DNA of 64,000 nucleotides from Thermoplasmata archaeon (lineage in GTDB: Archaea; Thermoplasmatota; Thermoplasmata; Lutacidiplasmatales; UBA184): contig DASZAJ010000007.1 in assembly GCA_035945215.1 (NCBI GenBank), positions 7,264 through 71,263 on the forward strand, written 5' to 3'. Positions 36,776 to 45,543 of the stretch are shown piece after piece. The notes beneath the pieces were generated by a model. That model searched no databases. It worked only from the letters and a program-made list of their open reading frames with translations, and had not been told where the DNA came from. How positions within the stretch are numbered: position 1 is the first letter of the stretch; every line of letters begins with the position of its first letter. The translations under genes and the position numbers were made by a program.

Positions 36776-39127
36776 TCAGGCGTCCGTGCGGCGCAGACCG
36801 TCGAGCTTCATCCGCTGCTCGAGGGCGGCGATCGAGCGGATCGTCGGGACGACGGTGTCCGCGTTGAGCGAGATCGAATCGATCCCCTTGCGGACCAGGA
36901 ACTCGGCGAACTCGGGGTAGACGCTCGGTCCTTGACCGCAGATCCCGACGGTGCGGCCCGCCGAATGCGCCCCCTCGATCAGCATCTCGACCGCCCGCAG
37001 CACGGCGGGGTCCCGCTCGTCGAAGTAGCCCATGCGACCGAGGATCTCCGAGTCGCGGTCGGCGCCGAGGACCAACTGGGTGAGATCGTTCGAACCGATG
37101 GAAAACCCGTCGCAATGCCGGGAGAAGTCCCGCGCCAGCAGGACGGTGGACGGGACCTCGGCCATCAGGTACAGCTGGAAATCCCGGGAGCGTTTCAGGC
37201 CGGCCGCCCGCATCATCTCGGTGATCTCCTCGAGCTCCCAGGTGTTGCGGACGAACGGGAGCATCACCATCGCGTTCTTGAGCCCCCGATCGACGCGCAC
37301 CTTCTGGATCGCCTCGAGCTCGGCCAGGAAGGCGGGCCGGTACACGGGCGAGACGTAGCGCGAGCACCCGCGCCATCCGATCATCGGGTTCTCCTCGCCG
37401 GGTTCGAACGGCTCCCCGCCGGGCATCCCGCGATATTCGTTCGTCTTGAAATCCGAGGTTCGGATGATCACGGGGCGCGGATGGAACGCCTGACAGACCA
37501 TCGCGATCCCCTCTGACAGTCGGGCGACGAGCTCGTCCTTGCGGCCCTTCTGAAGGAGGGAGAGCGGGTGCTCCCGGACATGGGCCGTGAAGATGAACTC
37601 GATGCGCATCAACCCCACCCCCTGGACCGGGAGGCGGGCGTACTCGGCGGCCTTCTCGGGGACGCCCACGTTCACGTAGATCTTTGTCGCAGTGACCGGC
37701 ACGTGGCCATGTGAGGGATCCGCCGAGCCTCCCTGGGCGGTCGGGCGAGCGGCCTTCGCCTGCTCGGCCCTCGCCAATCCCGCGTAGACCGCGCCGGCCT
37801 TCCCGTCGACGCTCACCGCCGCACCCTCGGCGATCATCTTCGTGGCCTGGCGGGTCCCGACGACACACGGCACGCCGAGTTCCCGCGACACGATCGCGGC
37901 GTGGCAGGTCATCCCGCCCTCATCGGTGACGATCGCCCCGGCCTGCGCCATCGCCGGTACCATATCCGGGGTCGTCATCGTCGTGACGAGGATCTCCCCG
38001 GCGCGCAACCGCCCCATCTCGGAGGCGGTCCGCAGGAGCCGGGCCGTGCCCCCCGCGATCCCCGGACTCGCCCCGAACCCGCGCACCAGCGCGCTGCCCG
38101 CTCCAGCTTCTTCCGGTTCGGGGGCGGTGCGCCCCTGGGGGCGATCGGCCACGAACGTGCCGGAGGGGATCGTCGTGATCGGCCGCGCCTGGACGATGTA
38201 GAGGGAGTGGGCGTCGGCGCACCATTCGACGTCCATCGGTCGGCGGTAATGCGATTCGATCACCCGCGCGAGGGATGCGAGCCGCTGGATCCGCTCATCG
38301 GACAGCTTCTGCCGATTGCGCTCGGCGGCCGGGACCTCTTCGCGTAGGTTCCCGCCATCGGGAGCCCGGACCAGCCGGAACGCCTGCTCGCTCACCTGCT
38401 TCTGGACGATGCGCTGCGACGCCCCATCCACCACATAGTGGTCGGGGGTCACCTCGCCGCCGACGATCGCCTCGCCCAGTCCCCAGCCGGCCTCGATGAT
38501 CATGTGGTTCTCGCCGGTGTTCGGGTCCCGGGTGAAGAGGATCCCGCTCGTGGACGCATCGACCATCTTCTGGACCAGGACCGCCAACTCGACCTCCGAG
38601 TGGTCGAACCCCTTCTTCGCCCGGTAGACGAGCACGCGGGGCGTGAACAGGGAACCCCAGCAACGGCGGATGGCGGCGAGGATCGCGTCGGTGCCGATCA
38701 CGTTCAGGTACGTCTCCTGGAGGCCGGCGAACGAGGCCCCTTCGAGGTCCTCCGCCGTGGCCGAGGAGCGGACGGCGCAGGCGTGCGCCTCGTGCTCCTG
38801 AACGAACGTGTCCACCGCGCCGACGAGCGCGCGGCGCAGTTCCGCGGGGAATTCGGTCTGTTCAAACAGGTCGCGGATCCTCCGGGACGCCGGTTCCACG
38901 CTCTCCGGCCGGGCCGGATCGATCTGCCCCAGCGCGGCGGTGATGGTGGGACCGATCCCCGTCCCCTCCACGAAGGCCACGAAGGCGCGGGTCGTGACGA
39001 CCATCCCCGGCGGCACCGGGAGTCCCTGCCGAACGACCTCCCCGAGCTGGCTCGCTTTGCCCCCGACCAGCGCATGGTCCCCCCGGGAGACCTCGGCTAG
39101 GCCCACGGTCAAGGGGGTGGCGTTCAC
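36776..39127 (-). CDS. ppsA: phosphoenolpyruvate synthase (pyruvate, water dikinase)
   Basis: 783 aa. The N-terminus matches PEP-utilisers (VGGKASQLGE). The phospho-His region is GGMTCHAAIVSRELGVPCVVG. The C-terminus is a PEP-binding TIM barrel. Confidence 0.9.
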   Translation of the reverse strand: MNATPLTVGLAEVSRGDHALVGGKASQLGEVVRQGLPVPPGMVVTTRAFVAFVEGTGIGPTITAALGQIDPARPESVEPASRRIRDLFEQTEFPAELRRALVGAVDTFVQEHEAHACAVRSSATAEDLEGASFAGLQETYLNVIGTDAILAAIRRCWGSLFTPRVLVYRAKKGFDHSEVELAVLVQKMVDASTSGILFTRDPNTGENHMIIEAGWGLGEAIVGGEVTPDHYVVDGASQRIVQKQVSEQAFRLVRAPDGGNLREEVPAAERNRQKLSDERIQRLASLARVIESHYRRPMDVEWCADAHSLYIVQARPITTIPSGTFVADRPQGRTAPEPEEAGAGSALVRGFGASPGIAGGTARLLRTASEMGRLRAGEILVTTMTTPDMVPAMAQAGAIVTDEGGMTCHAAIVSRELGVPCVVGTRQATKMIAEGAAVSVDGKAGAVYAGLARAEQAKAARPTAQGGSADPSHGHVPVTATKIYVNVGVPEKAAEYARLPVQGVGLMRIEFIFTAHVREHPLSLLQKGRKDELVARLSEGIAMVCQAFHPRPVIIRTSDFKTNEYRGMPGGEPFEPGEENPMIGWRGCSRYVSPVYRPAFLAELEAIQKVRVDRGLKNAMVMLPFVRNTWELEEITEMMRAAGLKRSRDFQLYLMAEVPSTVLLARDFSRHCDGFSIGSNDLTQLVLGADRDSEILGRMGYFDERDPAVLRAVEMLIEGAHSAGRTVGICGQGPSVYPEFAEFLVRKGIDSISLNADTVVPTIRSIAALEQRMKLDGLRRTDA

Positions 39128-40149
39128 GGGGACCGCCGGAGGGCGTAGGCGATGAGTTCCTGGGAGGGCGAATAGGCGTGCACCCGTCGGCCCTGGGCCG
39201 GCTCCCAGGTACCACCGGAACCTTCCCGAAGCACGCGGGCCAACTCCTCCGGGCGACGGTCCTTCGCCACCGATTCCGTCACCTCGTAATAGTGCAGCCA
39301 GCCGCCGGGCCCGACGGAGTTTCCCACCTCGGCGAGATACTTAATCCCTTCGCGGGGAAGATTGAAGATCACCCGATCGGCCGTCCCCGCGACGGGAATG
39401 AACTCGTCCAAAGAGGCATGCCGGAACTCCACGCGCCCGGCCAATCCGAGTCGCTTCGCATTCCCGAGTCCCAAGGCGACGGCCGCGCCGTTCAGGTCGA
39501 TGCCGACCACCTTGGAAGCTCGCCCGTCCCGGGCGATCTGGAGCGAGAAGGGGCCGATGCCGCAGCAGAGGTCGAACACCGTCTCCCCGTACTGCACCAG
39601 CCGGGCGATGCGCGCATGTTCCCGGGCCAGTCGGGGCGAGAAGTACGCGGCTTCCAGGTCCACGTCCATCGTCAGGCCGTTCTCCGAGTGCCGGGTGTGC
39701 CAGTCCCCCGTCCCTGCGATGCGTAGGAGCGATCGCCGGCGTTCGGTCCCGTGGACGCCGCGATCGACGCCCACGATGCGCGCACCGGGCACGAACTGCA
39801 GGAGCGCTGATCCGATCTCGGCGTGACGTTCGGACAATCCGGGCGGCAGTCGGATCAGCACCACGTCCCCGATGACGTCGAATGCCCGTGGCAGCGCCGA
39901 AGCCCCCGCCCCCCCGGGGGCGAGGAGATCCCGATACGAGCGCGGCCCCGGCGGCGCCACCGGATCGAACTCCCATTCGCCCACCCGTCCGCCGGGGACC
40001 CCGGGGTTCGGAACCGCCGTCAGCGGGAGCGCGAGGGAGTCGGAATCGGTGGCGATCCGAAGGTCCTTCCTCAGCCAATCCCCTTCGGATAGGAGGCGGC
40101 GGATCCGCTCCCCCTCGGCTCGCGGAACGATGAGTGCGAGGCTTCTCAC
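39124..40149 (-). CDS. tRNA (guanine37-N1)-methyltransferase Trm5 / Taw2-family (Met-10+ like)
   Basis: The class I MTase core is VFDLCCGIGPFSLQIA...VVGIDLN...FNLP. 341 aa. The family includes Trm5a/b and the wyosine-pathway Taw2. Confidence 0.75.
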   Translation of the reverse strand: MRSLALIVPRAEGERIRRLLSEGDWLRKDLRIATDSDSLALPLTAVPNPGVPGGRVGEWEFDPVAPPGPRSYRDLLAPGGAGASALPRAFDVIGDVVLIRLPPGLSERHAEIGSALLQFVPGARIVGVDRGVHGTERRRSLLRIAGTGDWHTRHSENGLTMDVDLEAAYFSPRLAREHARIARLVQYGETVFDLCCGIGPFSLQIARDGRASKVVGIDLNGAAVALGLGNAKRLGLAGRVEFRHASLDEFIPVAGTADRVIFNLPREGIKYLAEVGNSVGPGGWLHYYEVTESVAKDRRPEELARVLREGSGGTWEPAQGRRVHAYSPSQELIAYALRRSP

Positions 40150-41441
40150 GAGTGATCCCTAAGGAGGAGGGGCAAGACCGCATTCCCTCGGACCGTGCCC
40201 AAAGCTCCCCTCGCACATTGGGTCTCCCCGAATTTCGGGGCGGGCTCCTCCGTCGCCGCGGCGGCGGCCGCGACACCGGCTCCGGATATCAAGAGGGGAA
40301 CCGGGTCGTCGGAGTGCGCCCGCAGGGCGCACGGGGTGGCGTGATCGGCCGTGACGGCGACCCGGTGCTCGTCCAGGTCGAGGGCCGCCAGGAACGGTCC
40401 GAAAAAGGCCCGATCGATCTCCTCGATGATCGCCGTCTTCAGCGCGACGTTTCCATCGTGGCCCGGCTCGTCGGGTCCCTTGAGATGGACGTAGACGAAC
40501 TCATGGGCCCGCATCGCCTCCGCCGTGATGCGAGCCCGCGTTTCGAGCGCGGCCCCCCGGTCCGGCCCCATCGGACCGACGAATAGGTCGGCCATCCCGA
40601 GCCACCGCGCGATCCCGCGTTCGACCGGCATCTCGGTGACCGCCGCTGCCCCGATCCCCCATCGCTCGCGAAACGTCGGGGTCGGGGAGGCGGGGAGGGC
40701 GCCGGCGCTGCGAACCAGCAGGGAGTTGGCGACGAGCTTTCCGCTCATAGCGCGTCGCGCGTTGGTCGATTGTCCCGACAGCTGGGCGGCGGCCTCCGCC
40801 AAGAATCGATCGAGGAGCTGGGCGGTTCGGGCGGCCTCCAGCGAGTCATCGAGCGGCTCGACCGGTAGCCGTCGAGGGCGTTCGACCCGGCGGGCCTGTC
40901 CGGTGCCGCCGACCTTCACGTAGAACGGATCGGAGTTCGAGACCTCCGGGGAGAGCCGACGTCCGTCCTCCGGGTGCATCCAAAGCACCCCACGGTGGCC
41001 GACGGTCGCGCGAACTTCGGCCCGAACCCCCTCGGAGGCGAGCAGATCGGCCTCGGTGAGGGAGCGGGCGAGCTCGACCGCCTCGTGGCTCGTAAGCGAT
41101 CGGCCGACGCGCGCGTCCCGGATGACACCCTCGCCGTCGGACGTGGCGAAGTTGAGCCTCCAGGCGACATCCCCGGGCGCCAACGGGACCCCCGCTCCGA
41201 GGGCCTCGAGCACCCCCCGCCCCGGGGATTGTAGCCGCGGGTCGATGCCGAGCAGGGCGAGGACCCCGGCGTCCGACTCGGGGGCGATGCCGCGCCCGAG
41301 CAGATCGACCTGACCCGTCCGACCCGCCCGGGCGATCCGGTCGAGCTGCGGCGTCGCCGCGGCCTCCAGCGGAGTCCGTCCGTCCAGGTGCGGGTCGGGC
41401 CGGTCGCCAAGGCCGTCGAGGACAATCAGCGCGTGCGGCAT
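40146..41441 (-). CDS. apgM: 2,3-bisphosphoglycerate-independent phosphoglycerate mutase, archaeal type
   Basis: The gene starts at internal ATG 41441 (MPHALIVLDGLGDRP). The sequence resembles the alkaline-phosphatase-superfamily aPGM throughout. The C-terminus has TADHATP. Confidence 0.85.
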   Translation of the reverse strand: MPHALIVLDGLGDRPDPHLDGRTPLEAAATPQLDRIARAGRTGQVDLLGRGIAPESDAGVLALLGIDPRLQSPGRGVLEALGAGVPLAPGDVAWRLNFATSDGEGVIRDARVGRSLTSHEAVELARSLTEADLLASEGVRAEVRATVGHRGVLWMHPEDGRRLSPEVSNSDPFYVKVGGTGQARRVERPRRLPVEPLDDSLEAARTAQLLDRFLAEAAAQLSGQSTNARRAMSGKLVANSLLVRSAGALPASPTPTFRERWGIGAAAVTEMPVERGIARWLGMADLFVGPMGPDRGAALETRARITAEAMRAHEFVYVHLKGPDEPGHDGNVALKTAIIEEIDRAFFGPFLAALDLDEHRVAVTADHATPCALRAHSDDPVPLLISGAGVAAAAAATEEPAPKFGETQCARGALGTVRGNAVLPLLLRDHS

Positions 41442-41481
41442 CTCCGTCGTCGAACTCGCCTCATGCCTTATATGCCGTACC

Positions 41482-42546
41482 ATGCTCGCGGCCCCGTCGA
41501 TGGCCCCGGGAGGGTGGAAACAGTTCGGAACCCGCCGGATCGGGCGAGCGGTCCTGATGGCTGTGGCCATCTTGACCCTGGTCGGGAGCCTCGTCTACCT
41601 CGGCCCGTATGTGGCGATCGCGGTCCTGTTGCTGTTCGGGGCCGCCGTACCGATCTATCTCGGCTGGAAGCGGCCCCGCCAGCTCGCCATCGCCGGCCTG
41701 GCGGTTCTCCTGATCAGTGCCCCGATCTTTTCGGTCATCTACGCGAATGAACTGCGCCTTCCGAGCCCGTCGGCGAGTTCGAACCCGGCGAGCCCGTACG
41801 GCAACGGCGGGGCCGTCATCCAGGACGCGAAGGTGACCCCGTTCGACGGGGCCCAGGGGGGGACCTACAATTTCAGCGCCTCGATCGACCCGCAGTACCT
41901 GCCCCAAAGAGAGCAGGCCCGCTTCTTGACGCTGTACATCTCCGACTGCCCCGGGGCCACCGGGAATCGATCGCCCAATTGTCCGTCGGGGTATGCCTTC
42001 TTCGAGCTCAATCACACCTTCGCGTCGAATCTCTCCACCGCGTCGACGGTAACCTTCGCCCGATCGCTGCCCGGGGCCGACATCTGGTGGTGGAACCTCG
42101 CGCTCGCGATATCGAACAGCTCGTCACCGAAGAACCTCACGTGGGTCTGGCTCTACACCAACGGGAGCTACTCGGGGGTGGAAGGGCCGGTCTCCGGCGA
42201 TTTCCTATCGACCACGGAGCTCATCCTGCCCGCGGCGTACGAGGTGATCTTCATCTATCCGGGCCTCGTCTTTTTCATCGGCATTCTCGTCTACGTCCTG
42301 CTGAAGAACCGCGAGAGCGCTCGGAGGGCCCGAGCCCCGGGCTCCCTACCGCCTTCCGGGGGGACGGCCGAGCCACCTTCCGGGACCACCGAGAAGACGA
42401 TGCCGACCCCGGCAGGAAAGCAGGAGAGCGCCTGCCCGAACTGCGGCGCCGTCGTCTACCCAAATGAGCGAGCGTGCTGGAAGTGTGGCAAGAGCCTGGT
42501 CGTTCCGGTGGCCGCCGCCAACGAGCCGCTTGCGTCGACGAAGTGA
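41482..42546 (+). CDS. polytopic membrane glycoprotein with C-terminal cytoplasmic zinc ribbon
   Basis: It has N-terminal TM helices, an extracellular segment with sequons NFS, NRS, NHT, NLS, NSS, NLT and NGS, a further TM helix (VIFIYPGLVFFIGILVYVLL), and then CPNCGAVVYPNERACWKCG. Confidence 0.6.
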   Translation: MLAAPSMAPGGWKQFGTRRIGRAVLMAVAILTLVGSLVYLGPYVAIAVLLLFGAAVPIYLGWKRPRQLAIAGLAVLLISAPIFSVIYANELRLPSPSASSNPASPYGNGGAVIQDAKVTPFDGAQGGTYNFSASIDPQYLPQREQARFLTLYISDCPGATGNRSPNCPSGYAFFELNHTFASNLSTASTVTFARSLPGADIWWWNLALAISNSSSPKNLTWVWLYTNGSYSGVEGPVSGDFLSTTELILPAAYEVIFIYPGLVFFIGILVYVLLKNRESARRARAPGSLPPSGGTAEPPSGTTEKTMPTPAGKQESACPNCGAVVYPNERACWKCGKSLVVPVAAANEPLASTK

Positions 42547-42784
42547 TCGGTCGAGAGGCGCCCGCTCTCCCGCACGTGTCGTATCGTCCGACGGAGCTTT
42601 TGCCTCACGGGGCAGGGATCCGGACCGAAGCGCCGAAGAGCGCGGGAAAGCGACCTCGCGCGGCAAGTTATACTGCGGGTTCCGCCCGGGGCGGACGAAT
42701 TCGCGACCTTCGGGTTTGTTCGACACGACGATTCACCTCGTGTTCCAACCTGAGCGATGGCTCCGACGCCATCGGACGCCTTGG

Positions 42785-42792
42785 TTTAAGTA
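42785..42792 (+). promoter_or_regulatory. TATA-like box (tttaagta) about 30 nt upstream of the RHH gene start
   Basis: It is an AT-rich patch (ggtttaagtagaggaaatttccatag) in the 274-nt spacer. Confidence 0.35.
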
Positions 42793-42820
42793 GAGGAAAT
42801 TTCCATAGTTCGGACCCGTC

Positions 42821-43324
42821 GTGTTCGACAAACAGCTCCGACCGAAGAACTCGGGGGTTGCGCCCCGGGCTCTGAAGGTCGGCCCCGAGGACGAGCGGAT
42901 CGCACTACGGTGCAACCGCCGGGAGCTCCAGCTGGTGGACTCGTTCGTTGCCACGGGCGAGTTCCGAAACCGCTCTGAGCTCGTCCGGCAGGCGCTCCGC
43001 GCGTTCCTTCGAGGCCGAGCCCAATCGGCCGTCGAGCCGCCCGCTCCCGTCGCCAACGAACCGGAACTCGTCGAGGTCCGGGTCCGACTGCGATCGGGGG
43101 AAGTGGAGACCTATCGGGCCTACGGGGAACTCGTCGCGAACGGCCAGCAGCTCGAGGATCTCCTCGCCCTGCTCGTTCGACGGGGGGAACTCGAGCTCAA
43201 GGTCTCGGAAACGGTCGCCCGGTCTCGCGCCGCGATCCGCGACGCCACCGAAGCGAAACACCGTATCCGCGAGCTCGAACGGAGTGCGGAGGAGCTGGAG
43301 CGTCGGGGGGTCGTCGGGCGGTAG
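42821..43324 (+). CDS. ribbon-helix-helix (CopG/Arc-like) DNA-binding protein with C-terminal coiled-coil
   Basis: A GTG start is assumed. IALRCNRRELQLVDSFVATGEFRNRSELVRQALRAFL has the RHH beta-strand plus two helices. The C-terminus is heptad-like and charged (EAKHRIRELERSAEELERRG). Confidence 0.55.
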   Translation: MFDKQLRPKNSGVAPRALKVGPEDERIALRCNRRELQLVDSFVATGEFRNRSELVRQALRAFLRGRAQSAVEPPAPVANEPELVEVRVRLRSGEVETYRAYGELVANGQQLEDLLALLVRRGELELKVSETVARSRAAIRDATEAKHRIRELERSAEELERRGVVGR

Positions 43325-43357
43325 CCTCCGACGTGCGTCGAATCGGACGAAAAAGGG

Positions 43358-44272
43358 GTGGGTGCGGTGTACGAGGGAGAGGGACGAACGGGAGAGCGCG
43401 TCGAGGAATTCGGCACCGGCGAGGGGTACGAATCGGTGGGTGTCGAGTCCGTCCGGCTCGGCCAGGACATCCGCTTCGTGCTCGCCGCGGTGGGCGGCGG
43501 TGGGATCCGTGTAGCCCGAGCCGTGGCCCGACAGCACCTGCCCTACCTCGAAACCGTCGCGATCAATTGTGACCCGAGGGTCCAGGAGCTGGAGGAGTTC
43601 GACCGGCGGATCTGCCTAGGACCCGAGAACGGCGACCCCCCGGAGACCGGCGGGTCGGCGTCGGTCGGCGGACGACTCGCCCGTTCCGCCGAACCGGTCC
43701 TGCAGCGTCTCTTCGAAGGGGCCCATTTCATCACCATCGTTGCCAGCCTGGGGGGCGGCACCGGGAGCGGGGCGCTGCCGTTCGTCGTCGAGGCCGCCGC
43801 CCGCAACGCCTCCGTCCTCAAGGTCTTCGCGATCCGTCCGTTCGAATGCGAGGCCGAGCGACGCGCGCTCGCGGACCGGACCTTGGCGCGATTGCACTTC
43901 CTGGACGCGTTCGTCGAGCGACAACAGCGCGGCCACGCGACGCTCCAGGTCCTCGACAACGAGACCCTCGCCCGCCAGGATCGGAAGCTTCCGATCGCGC
44001 AGGTCGACCGGTACTGGGCCGGGATCGTGGCCCGGTTGATCGAGCGCGAGCTCATCCAGCCGGCCGAAGCGGTCCTCCACGCCGAGCGAATGCGCGCCTA
44101 CACCCCCGAGGCGGCGCTGATCCGACCGGCGCCGGTCGATCTGGGGATCACGGAGCGCGAACCATTGCTGCCCGCCGGGCCTCGACTCGCCCCCGCGGTC
44201 GCCGCGGAATCGCCGATCACCGGCGTCGAACTGACCTTGGAGATACTGCCCCCGGGAAGCGGTCCGGCCTGA
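43358..44272 (+). CDS. divergent FtsZ/tubulin-superfamily GTPase
   Basis: All N-domain GTP-binding loops are visible with FtsZ-like spacing: T1 AAVGGGGIRVA, T3 AINCDPRVQ, T2-like GGSAS, T4 signature SLGGGTGSGALP and T5 IRPFECEAERR. The N-terminus has an acidic 35-aa extension. No canonical NxDxxD T7 loop was recognised by eye. The alternative start GTG 43367 lies 10 nt after an aaaaagggg purine tract. Confidence 0.65.
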   Translation: MGAVYEGEGRTGERVEEFGTGEGYESVGVESVRLGQDIRFVLAAVGGGGIRVARAVARQHLPYLETVAINCDPRVQELEEFDRRICLGPENGDPPETGGSASVGGRLARSAEPVLQRLFEGAHFITIVASLGGGTGSGALPFVVEAAARNASVLKVFAIRPFECEAERRALADRTLARLHFLDAFVERQQRGHATLQVLDNETLARQDRKLPIAQVDRYWAGIVARLIERELIQPAEAVLHAERMRAYTPEAALIRPAPVDLGITEREPLLPAGPRLAPAVAAESPITGVELTLEILPPGSGPA

Positions 44273-44293
44273 TCGGACCCCCGCGAGCGGGGG
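44261..44293 (+). other. two adjacent hairpins spanning and following the stop of the FtsZ-like gene
   Basis: The hairpins are GGTCCG-gcctgat-CGGACC and CCCCCGC-ga-GCGGGGG, both perfect inverted repeats. No T-tract follows. Confidence 0.3.
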
Positions 44294-44464
44294 ATGGCGG
44301 CCCTCTTGGGATAGGGAGGCATTGTCGAGCGAGCGGCCCCCCGAAGTGTCCGATAGGATCATTCCGAGGCCACGGGTTCCCGACTCCGGTCGAACGGGCT
44401 AACGGCGGCACCCCGCGGCCGACCCCCAATCAAACGTTATCTGGTCGACGGCGTCGGGCCGGCG

Positions 44465-44635
44465 ATGGACGGGCGCTTGGTGACCGCGCTGACGACGCTG
44501 CTCGTCCCGGCGGTCCTCATCGGCATCACGGTATGGAAGTTCGCGGCGAACCCGCTCGCGATGCTGATCTTGATCTCCACGATGGTCGCCGGCACGCTGT
44601 ACCTGCTGACGTATCGGGAAACGTTCGGCGCGTAG
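44465..44635 (+). CDS. small 2-TM membrane protein (56 aa)
   Basis: Hand translation gives MDGRLVTALTTLLVPAVLIGITVWKFAANPLAMLILISTMVAGTLYLLTYRETFGA. It falls below the ORF-track cutoff. Confidence 0.35.
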   Translation: MDGRLVTALTTLLVPAVLIGITVWKFAANPLAMLILISTMVAGTLYLLTYRETFGA

Positions 44636-44644
44636 GGGAGGGCT

Positions 44645-45424
44645 TCACCCGTAGATCGTCGGTTCCGAGGGGGGAGCGGGGGTCTCGGCGGGACCGGCCG
44701 CCTTGCGGTCCCGACCCTTGAGCGCCGCTCGAAGCGCCCGCTCGATGGCCTCGGCCTGGGAGCGTAGAGGACCGGTATCGATCTTTAGGGACGGGAGCAT
44801 TCGATCCAGCGCTTCGATGAGCGCGGCCCCGGCCCGATGGTCCGGGAAACCCTCCTCCGAAGGATGCGCGCTGACGAGCAAAACCGCCACCGGTACGGTC
44901 TTCCGGATGCCCTCGACGAGCAGGGCCCCGGAGACCCCGCCGATCACCCCGTCCTCGAGCAGGCGGGCCTTGGACGATCGCAGCTGGTCGGCCAGCCGTT
45001 CGTCCGGTCGCGATAGCGCGGCCCACACGTACTCCTCGTTCGCGTCCTCGCTCGGGGCGCTCGTGGGGTGGGGAACGACCCCCTCGAGGCCGATCACCAA
45101 CTTCGCTTGCCGCGCCTCCGCCCCGTTTAGGATCATCCGCGCGATCTCCGGCCCGGCGGACGGAGCCACCGGCAGTTCGGACAGGACGACGCCGAGGTCG
45201 GGTCGGCCGTGGATGCGGACCGCCGGCTGGACTCGGCCCGATTGCACGATCGCGATGGAGGAGCCGTCGGGGCTGTCGACGAGGCCGATGCGCGGGAGCG
45301 CGAGGGTCTGAACGATGTAGTGGGCGGCGACCGTCGCCGCGAGGCCGGCGCTCGGGAAGCTCGTCAGGACGATGGCCCCGGCCTGTAGGACCGGACGCTC
45401 CTCATCGATCCAGCGGGCGGCCAT
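44645..45424 (-). CDS. PAC2-family protein (proteasome assembly chaperone-like)
   Basis: 259 aa. The N-terminus AIVLTSFPSAGLAATVAAHYIVQTLAL...IGLVDSPD, the length and the layout fit archaeal PAC2/COG1938. Confidence 0.65.
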   Translation of the reverse strand: MAARWIDEERPVLQAGAIVLTSFPSAGLAATVAAHYIVQTLALPRIGLVDSPDGSSIAIVQSGRVQPAVRIHGRPDLGVVLSELPVAPSAGPEIARMILNGAEARQAKLVIGLEGVVPHPTSAPSEDANEEYVWAALSRPDERLADQLRSSKARLLEDGVIGGVSGALLVEGIRKTVPVAVLLVSAHPSEEGFPDHRAGAALIEALDRMLPSLKIDTGPLRSQAEAIERALRAALKGRDRKAAGPAETPAPPSEPTIYG

Positions 45425-45543
45425 CGGAACCTTGGGGACGCCTATCGTCGCCCCTACTTATCGAAGGAGAGGGGCCGGCGGCGCCGCAGGGTTCGGCGCG
45501 GCTCCTTGCCCCCGACAACCGACAAGTACTGCCCCCCGTTCCG

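Noticed and set aside
42547-42784. Possible structured RNA in the 274-nt spacer upstream of the RHH gene (hairpins GATGGC-tccgac-GCCATC and CCGCC-cgg-GGCGG)
   Set aside because: Short GC hairpins are expected by chance at this GC content, and I could not recognise a known RNA family. The spacer is retained only as a place to look for RHH operator or centromere repeats.
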